From: Pseudomonadota bacterium
GTDB taxonomy: Bacteria > UBA10199 > 2-02-FULL-44-16 > JAAZCA01
DNA: 64,000 nt
Assembly (NCBI GenBank): GCA_043798915.1
Contig: JAZDOG010000103.1
Span: forward strand, 1 to 64,000
Reading direction: 5' to 3'
Part shown: positions 49,574-59,017 of the stretch, one piece after another
Layout of the letters: every line of letters starts with the position of its first letter
Numbering within the stretch: the stretch's first letter is position 1
Notes under the pieces: generated by a model
Told to the model about the DNA's origin: nothing
What the model saw: only the letters and a program-made list of their open reading frames with translations
The model's database searches: none
Translations under genes and position numbers: made by a program

Positions 49574-49894
49574 CTACGCAGCGATGCCTTCCTTGCGTAT
49601 CTGGCTGTAGAGAGGCGAGAGCTGGTTTGTCTTGAGTTCGCGCGGATCGGCAGCGATCACCTGAATGCGGGGATCAATTCCAAAAGCGATGAAGGTGGCC
49701 TCTTTTCTATATTTTTCTTTTCCCCTCCTGAATGCCGGAGAAACGAGACAGAGATCGATATCGCTGTCGGGCCTGGCCTCGTCGCGCGCATATGATCCAA
49801 ACACGATAATATTGCAGGATGGAAACTCGGCCTTTTGCAGCGCCTTCCTGAATTTTTGAACTATGCCTTTAATCGGTTTAGGAGCCATTTCCAT
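49574..49894 (-). CDS. Minimal nucleotidyltransferase (MNT)
   Basis: FGSYARDEARPDSDIDL. Confidence 0.9.
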   Translation of the reverse strand: MEMAPKPIKGIVQKFRKALQKAEFPSCNIIVFGSYARDEARPDSDIDLCLVSPAFRRGKEKYRKEATFIAFGIDPRIQVIAADPRELKTNQLSPLYSQIRKEGIAA

Positions 49895-50262
49895 ATTCCT
49901 TTGGTGGCGGTCAGATATTTTTTGGCATAGTCCCTGTCGACTTTTTTATAGAAAGCCTTGAGATCTTCGGGATAGCGTGCCTCAAGATTGAACTTGTTTA
50001 TCTGGTCGAACAATTCGAACTGCGCTTTTGAAAGCTCTATATCGGCTTTTCCGGCTAGATAAAGAAGATTGTGGGTGAAGGGAGGATGGTCCTTTGTCGC
50101 CTTCGCGACGATTGCCTTCAATATTTTTTCCAGCGAAAGGTGACACAAGAACAGACAATAATCGAATTTGCCCGTGCGAAAAAGCGAATTGGCCACTTCC
50201 AGATCATGGGTTGCGCTATTGTGCCAATGCTTCACGATTTCAGCAACGTCTTTGGCGGTCAT
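49861..50262 (-). CDS. HEPN domain protein
   Basis: W...DLEVA...LFLCHLSLEKILKA...PPFTHNL...ARYP; overlaps the MNT gene. Confidence 0.9.
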   Translation of the reverse strand: MTAKDVAEIVKHWHNSATHDLEVANSLFRTGKFDYCLFLCHLSLEKILKAIVAKATKDHPPFTHNLLYLAGKADIELSKAQFELFDQINKFNLEARYPEDLKAFYKKVDRDYAKKYLTATKGIWKWLLNRLKA

Positions 50263-50333
50263 GATGCTGTCAATTAGCAGAAAGTCCCTGGTGTGGCAAC
50301 AGCAAAGCAGGCGAGGGTTGCCCCCTCCCCATC

Positions 50334-50373
50334 AAAAGGAAACGGCCCCGAAAAACTGGGACCGTTTTCTTTT
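50334..50373 (-). terminator. Hairpin/terminator immediately 3' of tRNA-Gly
   Basis: Imperfect inverted repeat AAAAGGAAACGGCCCC...GGGACCGTTTTCTTTT. Confidence 0.65.
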
Positions 50374-50374
50374 G

Positions 50375-50446
50375 AGCGGGAGACGAGGGTTGAACTCGCG
50401 ACATTCACGTTGGCAACGTGACGCTCTACCACTGAGCTACTCCCGC
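50375..50446 (-). tRNA. tRNA-Gly(GCC), CCA not encoded
   Basis: GCGGGAGTAGCTCAGTGGTAGAGCGTCACGTTGCCAACGTGAATGTCGCGAGTTCAACCCTCGTCTCCCGCT folds as a cloverleaf; sits in the conserved position after pgsA. Confidence 0.97.
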
Positions 50447-50531
50447 GCAAACTGGTTTTCAAAGCTAAGGCGAAAGTTTGTAACTGCAGAGACTCGCTTT
50501 GTCAAGCCGTGGCATTTTGTGTTGTGCCACC

Positions 50532-51125
50532 TCAAGCGGCCGCGCTCTTGCCTGCGGCGCGGAAAAAAGCGATGGAGTAACCAAGGCCAGACGCGACGGA
50601 GAAGACGAATCCAGGGACGAGCAGGACCCACGCCATCATCCGCCAATGGATTCCGAAGAAGGGATAGTGCAGAAGAAGCCCCACGGTGGCGGCAGAAACG
50701 AAGGCCGATTTATACTTTCCCCACTCGCTCGCTGCGATGACTATCCCCTCGTCCACCGCGATGCCCCGGAGCGCTGTGACCGCGACTTCCCTGATGAAGA
50801 AGATGGCCACTAGCCACGCAGGGATCCGCCCGAGAGGGATCATCATTATCATCGCTACGAGGAAGAGCATCTTGTCGGCCAGGGGATCGATGAACTTGCC
50901 GAAGGTGCTGGTGAGGCCGCGCTTGCGCGCCAGGTATCCATCGACCATATCCGAACTCATGGCGGCGGCGAAGACGATAGCAGAGGCAAACGATATTGCC
51001 CGATCCATTTCGACGTGTGAAGAGGAGTTGTCGAGGAAGAGCATGAGCACCAGGAGGGCTGGCGCTGCCATGAGCCTGCCGATCGTTATCCAGTTTGGTA
51101 GATTGAGATATTTTCGAGCGGGCAC
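50532..51125 (-). CDS. pgsA: CDP-diacylglycerol--glycerol-3-phosphate 3-phosphatidyltransferase
   Basis: NLPNWITIGR, DMVDGYLAR...FGKFIDPLADK. Confidence 0.95.
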   Translation of the reverse strand: MPARKYLNLPNWITIGRLMAAPALLVLMLFLDNSSSHVEMDRAISFASAIVFAAAMSSDMVDGYLARKRGLTSTFGKFIDPLADKMLFLVAMIMMIPLGRIPAWLVAIFFIREVAVTALRGIAVDEGIVIAASEWGKYKSAFVSAATVGLLLHYPFFGIHWRMMAWVLLVPGFVFSVASGLGYSIAFFRAAGKSAAA

Positions 51126-51216
51126 AGCGCCTCCATGAAGGCGTACTGATTACCCGATATGCGCCTTTTGTCAAAGGCATTGTATTGAGAGACGCCATCT
51201 GATATCCGATCGGTCC

Positions 51217-52806
51217 ATGGAGCGGACATACGATTACCTCATTATCGGCAGCGGGATTGCCGGGCTGACCTTTGCCCTGTCGGTGGCCGATACCGGCAAG
51301 GTGGCGATTGTGACCAAGCGCAGCCGCGAGGAATCGGCCACGGCCTATGCCCAGGGCGGCATCGCCGCCGTCATCTCCGGGGCCGATTCATTCGAGAGCC
51401 ATACCGGCGACACCATCCGGGCCGGCGCCGGACTTTGCCACGAGGACGTGGTGAGGCAGATCGTATCGGAAGGACCGGAAAAGGTGCGCCGCCTGATCGA
51501 CTGGGGGGTGAGGTTCACCCGCGGAGAGAAGTTCCCCTTCGACCTCACCAGGGAGGGCGGCCACAGCCATCGCCGAGTCCTTCACGCCGGCGATTATACC
51601 GGGCTGGAGATCGAACAGGCGCTCCTCAAGGCGATTGCGGCGCATCCCGATATCAGCGTCTTTGAGAATTACATTGCGGTCAACCTCGTCACGACGGCAA
51701 AGCTTGAATCCGAGGCGGCCGGCCCCAACCGCTGCGTAGGCGCATACGTTCTCGACATAAAAAGGAAGCGGACCGAGGCCTTTGCCGCGCGCACCGTTGT
51801 TCTAGCGACAGGCGGCGCCGGCAAGGTGTACCTCTACACATCGAACCCGGACATCGCTTCCGGCGACGGCATCGCGATGGCCTATCGCGCCGGGGCACGC
51901 GTGATGAATCTCGAGTTCGTCCAGTTTCACCCGACCTGTCTCTATCATCCGAAAGCCAAGTCGTTCCTCATATCCGAGGCGCTGCGCGGCGAGGGGGCGA
52001 AGCTTCGTCTGGCCGACGGCACGGAGTTCATGAAAAGCTACGACGAGCGCGGTGAGCTGGCCACGCGGGACGTCGTCGCGCGGGCGATCGACGCCGAGCT
52101 CAAGAAGCGCGGCGATGACTGCGTCCTCCTCGATGCGACGCATCTTGGCGAGGACTTCCTCAAGCGCCGCTTCCCCAGCATCTATAAGCGCTGCAGCGAG
52201 CTGGGGCTCGACATCGCGCGGGAGCCGATGCCGGTGGTGCCGGCGGCGCACTATTTCTGCGGCGGCGTCATCTGCGGGATAGACGGTGTGACAGACATCG
52301 ACGGCCTCTTTGCCTGTGGCGAGGTGGCGGCCACAGGGCTCCATGGCGCCAATCGCCTCGCCTCCAACTCCCTGCTCGAATCGGTCGTGACGGCGACAAA
52401 TGCCGCTTTGCGCGCGATCGATAGGCTTCAAAGGGGGCAGTTCGAAATGCCGCCCATCCCGCCGTGGGATCCCCGCGGTGCGACCGACTCCGACGAGGAA
52501 GTCGTCATCACCCAGAACTGGGACGAGATCCGGCGCACGATGTGGAACTACGTCGGGATCGTGCGCTCCGACAAGCGGCTGGAGCGCGCACTGAGGAGGA
52601 TCAAGCTCCTTCAGGATGAGATACAGGAATACTATTGGAACTTCACGATCACGTCCAACCTCATTGAACTCCGCAATATCGCGCTCGTCGCGGAGCTCGT
52701 CATCCGCTCGGCCATCCAGCGCAAGGAGAGCCGCGGGCTGCATTTCAACATCGACTATCCGGGGATGAAAGAGGAGTCCAGAAGCGATACGGTTTTAAAG
52801 ATGTAG
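51217..52806 (+). CDS. nadB: L-aspartate oxidase
   Basis: [41 protein letters not shown]. Confidence 0.97.
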   Translation: MERTYDYLIIGSGIAGLTFALSVADTGKVAIVTKRSREESATAYAQGGIAAVISGADSFESHTGDTIRAGAGLCHEDVVRQIVSEGPEKVRRLIDWGVRFTRGEKFPFDLTREGGHSHRRVLHAGDYTGLEIEQALLKAIAAHPDISVFENYIAVNLVTTAKLESEAAGPNRCVGAYVLDIKRKRTEAFAARTVVLATGGAGKVYLYTSNPDIASGDGIAMAYRAGARVMNLEFVQFHPTCLYHPKAKSFLISEALRGEGAKLRLADGTEFMKSYDERGELATRDVVARAIDAELKKRGDDCVLLDATHLGEDFLKRRFPSIYKRCSELGLDIAREPMPVVPAAHYFCGGVICGIDGVTDIDGLFACGEVAATGLHGANRLASNSLLESVVTATNAALRAIDRLQRGQFEMPPIPPWDPRGATDSDEEVVITQNWDEIRRTMWNYVGIVRSDKRLERALRRIKLLQDEIQEYYWNFTITSNLIELRNIALVAELVIRSAIQRKESRGLHFNIDYPGMKEESRSDTVLKM

Positions 52807-52820
52807 GTTCTCGGGTCGGC

Positions 52821-53441
52821 CTATCTGTGCCTGTTGCGGTAGAATTTATAGCTCTCCCTGTGCTCGCCCGACGGGACGTCTGAAATCCTCCACTTGAGTG
52901 TCGATTCGCCGACCACGCTCTGAAGCGTCACGGCGAATTTGCCGCCCAGAGCGACCTTCGGGAAGGTGACGCGATAGGCCCTCGACCAGCGGTTGAAGTG
53001 AGGATACAGGACCTTGTGAAACGGGGTGATCTGGATCGTCTCGACCTCGACCGCCTTCGCCACATCGCCCTCCTCGGTGGTGAGTATCGCTTTCCAGAAT
53101 GTGTCGGACTCGAGGGAAAATTTCTTGAAGTCCTTCTTCGTGTACATCACGATGAAGAAATCCCATCCGTTTGCCTGCCTGCGCTCCTGCTCAGCCTCGA
53201 ACGAGTCCGCCTCGTCCGGGTCCAGGTGATTGACCTCGGTTGCCCTCTGAATATAGGCGTCGCGGAAGCCCTGATCGAAGAAGGATCCGTACCAGATGAC
53301 CTCGGCGTCCCAACTATTGGCGTTATAGAGCTGCCCGCGATGAGTGACCGAGGCCAGTGTGCCCTGATAGCTCGCGTGTGCGGCAGAGGCCATCAAACAT
53401 GCAAGCGCCATCAGCACGCAGGCGGCGATACGTCTTCCCAT
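52821..53441 (-). CDS. Secreted/periplasmic hypothetical protein
   Basis: Signal peptide MGRRIAACVLMALACLMASAAHA. Confidence 0.75.
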   Translation of the reverse strand: MGRRIAACVLMALACLMASAAHASYQGTLASVTHRGQLYNANSWDAEVIWYGSFFDQGFRDAYIQRATEVNHLDPDEADSFEAEQERRQANGWDFFIVMYTKKDFKKFSLESDTFWKAILTTEEGDVAKAVEVETIQITPFHKVLYPHFNRWSRAYRVTFPKVALGGKFAVTLQSVVGESTLKWRISDVPSGEHRESYKFYRNRHR

Positions 53442-54331
53442 AGCGTTTCCCTCCGGTGCAGTGCGAACTGTTTGTCCGGCTGAGTCTTCTGCGTAGCCCG
53501 CGCGTAGATCCAGCCCTCGATGTCATCCATGACCCTCAGGCGGTCGGTTTCGTGGAGAAGGTCGTGCCTGAACCCGCTGTAGACGTGATATCCCCTGTCC
53601 GAACTCGATAGGCGCGAGGCAAAACGCGCCGTCCCTTCCGGGTCGCAGATCGTGTCGGCGGAGCCTGCCAGCATGAGCATCGGCGCATATATCCGGTGCG
53701 GCACCGCCATGACGAGCTCGGTCACGCGCGTGAGCTCCCCAAGCGCCCTCGCCGTCACGCTGTTGTGAAAAAGGGAATCGTTTTTGATGGCCGCTGCCTC
53801 GCCTTCATCCCCCGTCAGATATTCGGGGCGCACGCCGGTGCTGATGGGCGTGTGAGGTATGAAGCCCACCAGGCGGCTTGCAATTTTTTTCTTCCATTTT
53901 GGAATCCGCAGCGCCGGCTGAACGGCCGCCGAAATGGAGACCATTCCGGCCACCGGTGCGCTGTGGGTGAGCAGGAAGTTGAATCCGATGAGGGCGCCGA
54001 CGCCGCTGCCTACGATGAACAGCGGCGTGTCGGTGGGCACGGACATCTGCGAAAAATGGACGAAGCTGGCGAGGTCGTTCACCCAGTCCATAAAGCCTTC
54101 CACATCGCCGCGGCGGCCATCGCTCCTGCCGTGCCCGCGCTGGTCGTAGAGGGCGACGGCGTAACCCCGACTCGTGAATCTGGAGACAAATTCGCCGTAG
54201 CGCCCGATGTGGTCGCCCAGGTCATGCACGAAGACGACGAGCGCCCGCGGCACCTCCGGGATCCAATGCTGATAGAAATAGACCATGCCGTGAGGCAGCT
54301 TTGCGTATTTGATTGTGATGTTGGTCGACAT
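53411..54331 (-). CDS. Lysophospholipase-like alpha/beta hydrolase (nucleophile Ser absent)
   Basis: VHDLGDH, DQRGHGRS, FIVGSGVGA, GSADTIC, RHDLLHE. Confidence 0.85.
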   Translation of the reverse strand: MSTNITIKYAKLPHGMVYFYQHWIPEVPRALVVFVHDLGDHIGRYGEFVSRFTSRGYAVALYDQRGHGRSDGRRGDVEGFMDWVNDLASFVHFSQMSVPTDTPLFIVGSGVGALIGFNFLLTHSAPVAGMVSISAAVQPALRIPKWKKKIASRLVGFIPHTPISTGVRPEYLTGDEGEAAAIKNDSLFHNSVTARALGELTRVTELVMAVPHRIYAPMLMLAGSADTICDPEGTARFASRLSSSDRGYHVYSGFRHDLLHETDRLRVMDDIEGWIYARATQKTQPDKQFALHRRETLWEDVSPPAC

Positions 54332-54400
54332 CGGGGGGATGATTAGATGATTCTGCGCAGGATTGCAACGTTTGAAACGGGCGTCCCGCTCAAAAGGCCT

Positions 54401-55471
54401 TTACGATTTTGAGAACTCTTCCAGCAGCTGCTTCTGCTTTTTGCTTAAGCTTTTTGGAGTCTTCACAAAGAACCTGATCACCTGGTCGCCGCGCCTGCCT
54501 CGATGATGGACGTTCGGGAAGCCCTTTCCTTTTATTCGCATCTCCCCGCCGCTCTCGGTGCCCTGCGGCACCTCTACGTCGATCTCGCCCGCGAGCGACG
54601 GGACCTTGATCTTCGCCCCAAGGGCCGCCTGAGGGAAGGATATCGGCACGAGGCACACGACGTCGTCGCCCTCGCGCCCGAAGAAGTCGTGCGGCTGTAC
54701 GCTTACAAAGACATAGAGGTCGCCGGACGGGCCGCCGCCCTCTCCCGCCTCCCCTTCGCCGCGCAGCACCAGCTTCATCCCGTCCTCAATGCCGGCGGGG
54801 ACCTTGACTGATAGTTTTCTGGATTTTCTCACGCGGCCATGCCCGCGGCACTCCTCGCAAGGCTTCTCCAGGCGCGAGCCCTCCCCGCGGCATTGCGGAC
54901 AGGTCGTCTGGAGGACGAAGAATCCCTGTCGCTGCATCACCTGCCCCGAACCGCCGCACATCTTGCAGGAAGTCCGGCCGGTGCCGGGCGCCTGGCCGCT
55001 ACCTTCGCACACGTCGCAGCGCACCTGTCGCGAGACCGATATCTCGCGATCGACGCCATCGGCGGCCTCCATGAATTTGATGTTCAGGTCGTGCTTCATG
55101 TCGGCGCCCGCCCGCCCCCGCCTGCGGCCGGAAGCCGCTGCCCCGCCAAAGCCAAAGCCGCCCATGCCGCCGAATATTTCTTCGAAGATTCCGCCCATCG
55201 ATGAAAAGATGTCCTCGACGTTTGTGAAGCCGTGAAAGCCGGAGCCCTCAAGGCCGCTGTGGCCATAGGCGTCATATATCTGTCGCCGGCTCGAATCGCA
55301 GAGGACTTCGTATGCCTCCGAGGCCTCCTTGAATTTCTCCTCGGCGTCCGGGTCGTGCCTGTTCCGATCGGGATGGTATTCCATCGCCATGCGGCGGTAG
55401 GCCTTCTTGATCTCCGCATCCGACGCGTCGCGCCCGATTCCCAATACCTCGTAGTAATCGCGTTTGATCAT
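54401..55471 (-). CDS. dnaJ: Chaperone DnaJ
   Basis: KRDYYEVLG, HPD, G/F region, four CxxCxGxG repeats; start at the ATG at 55471. Confidence 0.98.
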   Translation of the reverse strand: MIKRDYYEVLGIGRDASDAEIKKAYRRMAMEYHPDRNRHDPDAEEKFKEASEAYEVLCDSSRRQIYDAYGHSGLEGSGFHGFTNVEDIFSSMGGIFEEIFGGMGGFGFGGAAASGRRRGRAGADMKHDLNIKFMEAADGVDREISVSRQVRCDVCEGSGQAPGTGRTSCKMCGGSGQVMQRQGFFVLQTTCPQCRGEGSRLEKPCEECRGHGRVRKSRKLSVKVPAGIEDGMKLVLRGEGEAGEGGGPSGDLYVFVSVQPHDFFGREGDDVVCLVPISFPQAALGAKIKVPSLAGEIDVEVPQGTESGGEMRIKGKGFPNVHHRGRRGDQVIRFFVKTPKSLSKKQKQLLEEFSKS

Positions 55472-55620
55472 GTTCTTTGCACCCTTCCGAGTCCCGTGCT
55501 TCATGCACACTGCTTCGATATCAATATGGTTTCAGTTTCAGCAAAGACAATGAAGCAGCGGGGCCAAATCGCAAAAATATCGTGAAAATGCAATGCCGAG
55601 TTCAGCTATTTTTATGGAAA

Positions 55621-55651
55621 CCCTTGACTATAATGGAAAAAGATCACATAT
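55621..55651 (+). promoter_or_regulatory. Possible sigma32-type promoter of dnaK
   Basis: CCCTTGA...CACATAT resembles CTTGAA-N13/15-CCCCATAT; the spacer is somewhat long. Confidence 0.45.
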
Positions 55652-55696
55652 GAGGTCACAGAAGCGGATAAAAACATGAGGTTATAGGAGGGAAGT

Positions 55697-57607
55697 ATGG
55701 GGAAAATAATAGGAATCGACCTTGGTACGACAAACTCCTGCGTGGCCGTGATGGAGGGTGGCGAACCCAAGATAATACCGAATGAGGAGGGCGCCCGCAC
55801 GACGCCCTCGGTCGTCGCCTTCACCAGGGACGGCGAGGTCCTGGTCGGCCAGATCGCCAAGAGGCAGGCGATCACAAATCCCGAGAATACGGTCTATTCG
55901 ATAAAACGCTTCATGGGCCGCAAGCACGACGAGGTCCCTGAGGAAATCCGGATCGTCCCGTACAAGGTGGGCACGGCGCCAAATGGCGACGCTCAGGTCG
56001 TCATCGGCGACAAGACCTTCGCCCCGCCGGAGATCTCCGCGCACATCCTCCGCAAACTTAAAAAAGCGGCAGAGAATTATCTGGGCGAGACGGTAACCGA
56101 GGCGGTCATCACGGTGCCGGCCTACTTCAATGACAGCCAGCGTCAGGCGACGAAAGACGCGGGAAAGATCGCGGGCTTCGACGTCAAGCGCATCGTCAAT
56201 GAGCCGACAGCAGCTGCACTGGCCTACGGCCTGGACAAGAAAAAGGAAGAGACGGTCGCGGTCTTCGACTTCGGCGGCGGAACTTTCGACATCTCGATCC
56301 TTGAGGTAGGCGAAAACGTGGTCGAGGTGGCCTCCACCAACGGCGACACGCATCTGGGCGGTGACAACATCGACCAGCGCCTGATGGAGTACCTGATCGC
56401 CGAGTTCAAGAAGGACCAGGGGATCGACGTCGGCCGTGACAAGATGGTCCTGCAGCGCCTCAAGGAAGCGGCAGAGAAGGCGAAGATCGAGCTCTCTCAG
56501 ACGATGGAGACCGAGATCAACCTCCCCTTCCTCACCGCTGACGCATCCGGCCCCAAGCACATGAACATAAAGCTCACGAGGGCGAAGTTCGAGTCGCTCG
56601 TGGACGACATACTCCAGAAGACGGTAGAGCCGTGCAGGAAGGCGCTCGCCGACGCGAAGAAATCTGCATCCGATATCGACGAGGCGATCCTCGTCGGCGG
56701 CTCCACGCGCATCCCCAAGGTGCAACAGATCGTGAAAGAGTTCTTTGGGCGCGAGCCGCACATGGGCGTGAATCCCGATGAAGTGGTCGCAGCGGGCGCA
56801 GCTGTGCAGGCCGGCATCCTCGCCGGGGATGTGAAGGACATGCTCCTGCTCGACGTGACTCCCCTTTCGCTCGGCATCGAGACGCTCGGCAGCGTCATGA
56901 CCAAGTTGATCGAGCGCAACACGACGATACCGACGCGCAAGAGCCAGATATTCTCGACCGCGGCGGACAACCAGACCTCCGTCGAGGTCCACGTGCTCCA
57001 GGGCGAGCGCGAGATGGCCGCCGACAACCGCACCCTAGGCCGCTTCATTCTGGACGGCATACCGTCCGCACCGCGCGGCATGCCACAGGTCGAGGTGACA
57101 TTCGACATCGACGCCAACGGCATTGTGCATGTGGCTGCAAAGGACAAGGCGACATCCAAGGAACAGAAGATCCGGATCGAGTCATCCTCCGGCCTCACCA
57201 AGAACGATATCGACAAGTATGTCAAGGAGGCCAAGGCGCACGAGTCGGATGACAAAAAGCGCCGCGAGGAGATCGAACAGAGAAACCAGGCCGAGGCGAT
57301 GGTCTACAACACAGAGAAGGTGCTCAAGGAAAACAAAGAGAAGATCCCGGCCGATATCGCCAAAAAGGTCGAGGAAGCCTCAGCGGCGTGCAAGAAGGCC
57401 GTGGAGGACAAGGACTCCGCGAGGATCAAGAGCACGATGGATGAGCTGACTCAAAGTTCGCACAAGATGGCCGAGGCGATGTACAAGGCCGCGGGGCCAA
57501 CTCCCGGAGCAGAGGGCGCCCAACCGGGCGGCGCCTCCGAAGAACCGAAGAAGGAAGAGAAGAAGGACGAAAAGGTCGTCGACGCGGAGTTCGAGGAATC
57601 GAAATAG
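55697..57607 (+). CDS. dnaK: Chaperone DnaK
   Basis: [26 protein letters not shown]-terminal VVDAEFEE. Confidence 0.99.
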   Translation: MGKIIGIDLGTTNSCVAVMEGGEPKIIPNEEGARTTPSVVAFTRDGEVLVGQIAKRQAITNPENTVYSIKRFMGRKHDEVPEEIRIVPYKVGTAPNGDAQVVIGDKTFAPPEISAHILRKLKKAAENYLGETVTEAVITVPAYFNDSQRQATKDAGKIAGFDVKRIVNEPTAAALAYGLDKKKEETVAVFDFGGGTFDISILEVGENVVEVASTNGDTHLGGDNIDQRLMEYLIAEFKKDQGIDVGRDKMVLQRLKEAAEKAKIELSQTMETEINLPFLTADASGPKHMNIKLTRAKFESLVDDILQKTVEPCRKALADAKKSASDIDEAILVGGSTRIPKVQQIVKEFFGREPHMGVNPDEVVAAGAAVQAGILAGDVKDMLLLDVTPLSLGIETLGSVMTKLIERNTTIPTRKSQIFSTAADNQTSVEVHVLQGEREMAADNRTLGRFILDGIPSAPRGMPQVEVTFDIDANGIVHVAAKDKATSKEQKIRIESSSGLTKNDIDKYVKEAKAHESDDKKRREEIEQRNQAEAMVYNTEKVLKENKEKIPADIAKKVEEASAACKKAVEDKDSARIKSTMDELTQSSHKMAEAMYKAAGPTPGAEGAQPGGASEEPKKEEKKDEKVVDAEFEESK

Positions 57608-57620
57608 CGTTTACTCTGCT

Positions 57621-57655
57621 CCCTCTCCCTTGTAGGGAGAGGGTCAGGGTGAGGG
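57621..57655. repeat. REP-like hairpin CCCTCTCCCT-TGT-AGGGAGAGGG-TCAGGGTGAGGG
   Basis: Perfect 10-bp stem; same style as the hairpins at 4483 and 35406. Confidence 0.75.
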
Positions 57656-57664
57656 AGATCCCCG

Positions 57665-57692
57665 ACGGCGCCCAATCAGGCGCCGTTTTTTT
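57665..57692 (+). terminator. Intrinsic terminator of dnaK
   Basis: ACGGCGCC-N6-GGCGCCGT-T6. Confidence 0.85.
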
Positions 57693-57698
57693 ATCCAT

Positions 57699-58034
57699 TC
57701 AAATGCCAAAATGCATTTTCAGATACTCTTTGATCCGATTCATAATATCGTCGTCCATCCGCCCGATTCGCTTCATAAACCGCGACTTGTCGAACGACGC
57801 TATAACGTGAACCCTGATGGTCGAATCGGCAAATAGATTGTTGTGGCTGTTTTTCCGGACCAAAATATCATCTCTGCGAGGTTTATCGATTTGTGACGTC
57901 AGCGGCATGACGGTTACGAGAGCCGAGCATTTGAGCTGCCGATCAGATTGGATGATCACCGCCGGCCGCTTTTTTTGATACTCGTGGCCAACGCTGGGTT
58001 CAAAATTGACAAACCATATCTCACCGAATTGCAT
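57699..58034 (-). CDS. PemK/MazF-family endoribonuclease toxin
   Basis: GEIWFVNFEPSVGHEYQKKRPAVIIQ, VMPLTS. Confidence 0.93.
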   Translation of the reverse strand: MQFGEIWFVNFEPSVGHEYQKKRPAVIIQSDRQLKCSALVTVMPLTSQIDKPRRDDILVRKNSHNNLFADSTIRVHVIASFDKSRFMKRIGRMDDDIMNRIKEYLKMHFGI

Positions 58035-58051
58035 GTGATGTGATCTCTCTC

Positions 58052-58900
58052 TTAAAGATTTTCGTAGTACTCAGCTTCCTCTTTGGATATTGGCCCCAGC
58101 TGCTCCAACGCATCTTTGGCGGCCGCACCCTCCCAGGCTTTTCCGTAGTCGCGCTTTGCATATGGGAACTCGCGCTCAAAGACTGTTTCATATCCAATCG
58201 TCTCCCCTTCAGCTGCCTGCACCCATGGAGCATCGAGATGGACGTAGGTTTCGATCTCAGTCGCGTTCATATCAGACAAATGCATCAGGACCTTGTCCAC
58301 AACTTCGATTTCCTTTGCCGTAAATGCATCCAAGACGGGTTCAGCCAGCGCCACGTATCGTTTTTGCAGCTTGCCGAAGTACTGATGGAAGAAAAGCTTC
58401 AATTCGCCGCTTTCTACCATGTCATTGACGACCGCCATATATTCAGTCCGCCGTGGAACGGGCCCAAACTGAAGCCTGATATATGACATGCCTGTAATGG
58501 GTTTATCGAGCAGTTCATAAGCATCGAAATCGATGAAATAGAGCAGTTTATAGATGACCGTCTCTCCGATATTTGGCTTTCCGCCGCACTTCTCCAAAAG
58601 ATAGAGGAGCAGATTCCTCAGCTTGTTCGAATGAAATGGGAATGAGTGCATTTTAGCCTGCCGCCTGTCTTCTTTTGCATCAGCAACCGCTGGTTTCAAT
58701 AGCGCGTCAGCCGGTAGCGAGAAAAACTCTGCCAGTTTAGCGAGCTCAAGACTATCGACCTTTCTCTTGCCATTTTCGATCTGTCCAACTGCCTGTCGTG
58801 TAATGTCGAGGCACTTTGCAAGCTCCTCCTGCAAAAGGTTGCTTTCCTCACGCAACTCTTGAATCCTTTGCCCGAACTGCTTTTGGGTCAGGATCGCCAT
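58052..58900 (-). CDS. XRE-HTH + Panacea (DUF4065/SocA-like) antitoxin
   Basis: N-terminal RIQELREE...QEELA...ENGKRK HTH; KLLYFIDF...PITG..Y.RLQFGPVP...H.DAPW; ATG at 58900. Confidence 0.88.
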   Translation of the reverse strand: MAILTQKQFGQRIQELREESNLLQEELAKCLDITRQAVGQIENGKRKVDSLELAKLAEFFSLPADALLKPAVADAKEDRRQAKMHSFPFHSNKLRNLLLYLLEKCGGKPNIGETVIYKLLYFIDFDAYELLDKPITGMSYIRLQFGPVPRRTEYMAVVNDMVESGELKLFFHQYFGKLQKRYVALAEPVLDAFTAKEIEVVDKVLMHLSDMNATEIETYVHLDAPWVQAAEGETIGYETVFEREFPYAKRDYGKAWEGAAAKDALEQLGPISKEEAEYYENL

Positions 58901-58931
58901 TTTCCATCCCCCTGTAAAAGAGTATATCAAA

Positions 58932-58971
58932 TGCATGATTACAATGCAAGAACATGCATGATTATATTGCA
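58932..58971. promoter_or_regulatory. Tandem TGCA-N9-TGCA operators
   Basis: TGCATGATTACAATGCA (58932-58948) and TGCATGATTATATTGCA (58955-58971), upstream of the XRE gene. Confidence 0.7.
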
Positions 58972-59017
58972 TTAAGAATTTTCAGTACACGATAACTTTT
59001 TGATAATTATAGCGTTC

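Noticed and set aside
44830..50446. Integrative element or prophage at tRNA-Gly
   Set aside because: No integrase, phage genes or duplicated tRNA 3' end found.
55472..55696. CIRCE element between dnaJ and dnaK
   Set aside because: No TTAGCACTC-N9-GAGTGCTAA match.
55682..56992. 436-aa ORF antisense to dnaK
   Set aside because: Well-known antisense shadow of Hsp70 genes caused by codon bias; no independent coding signal.
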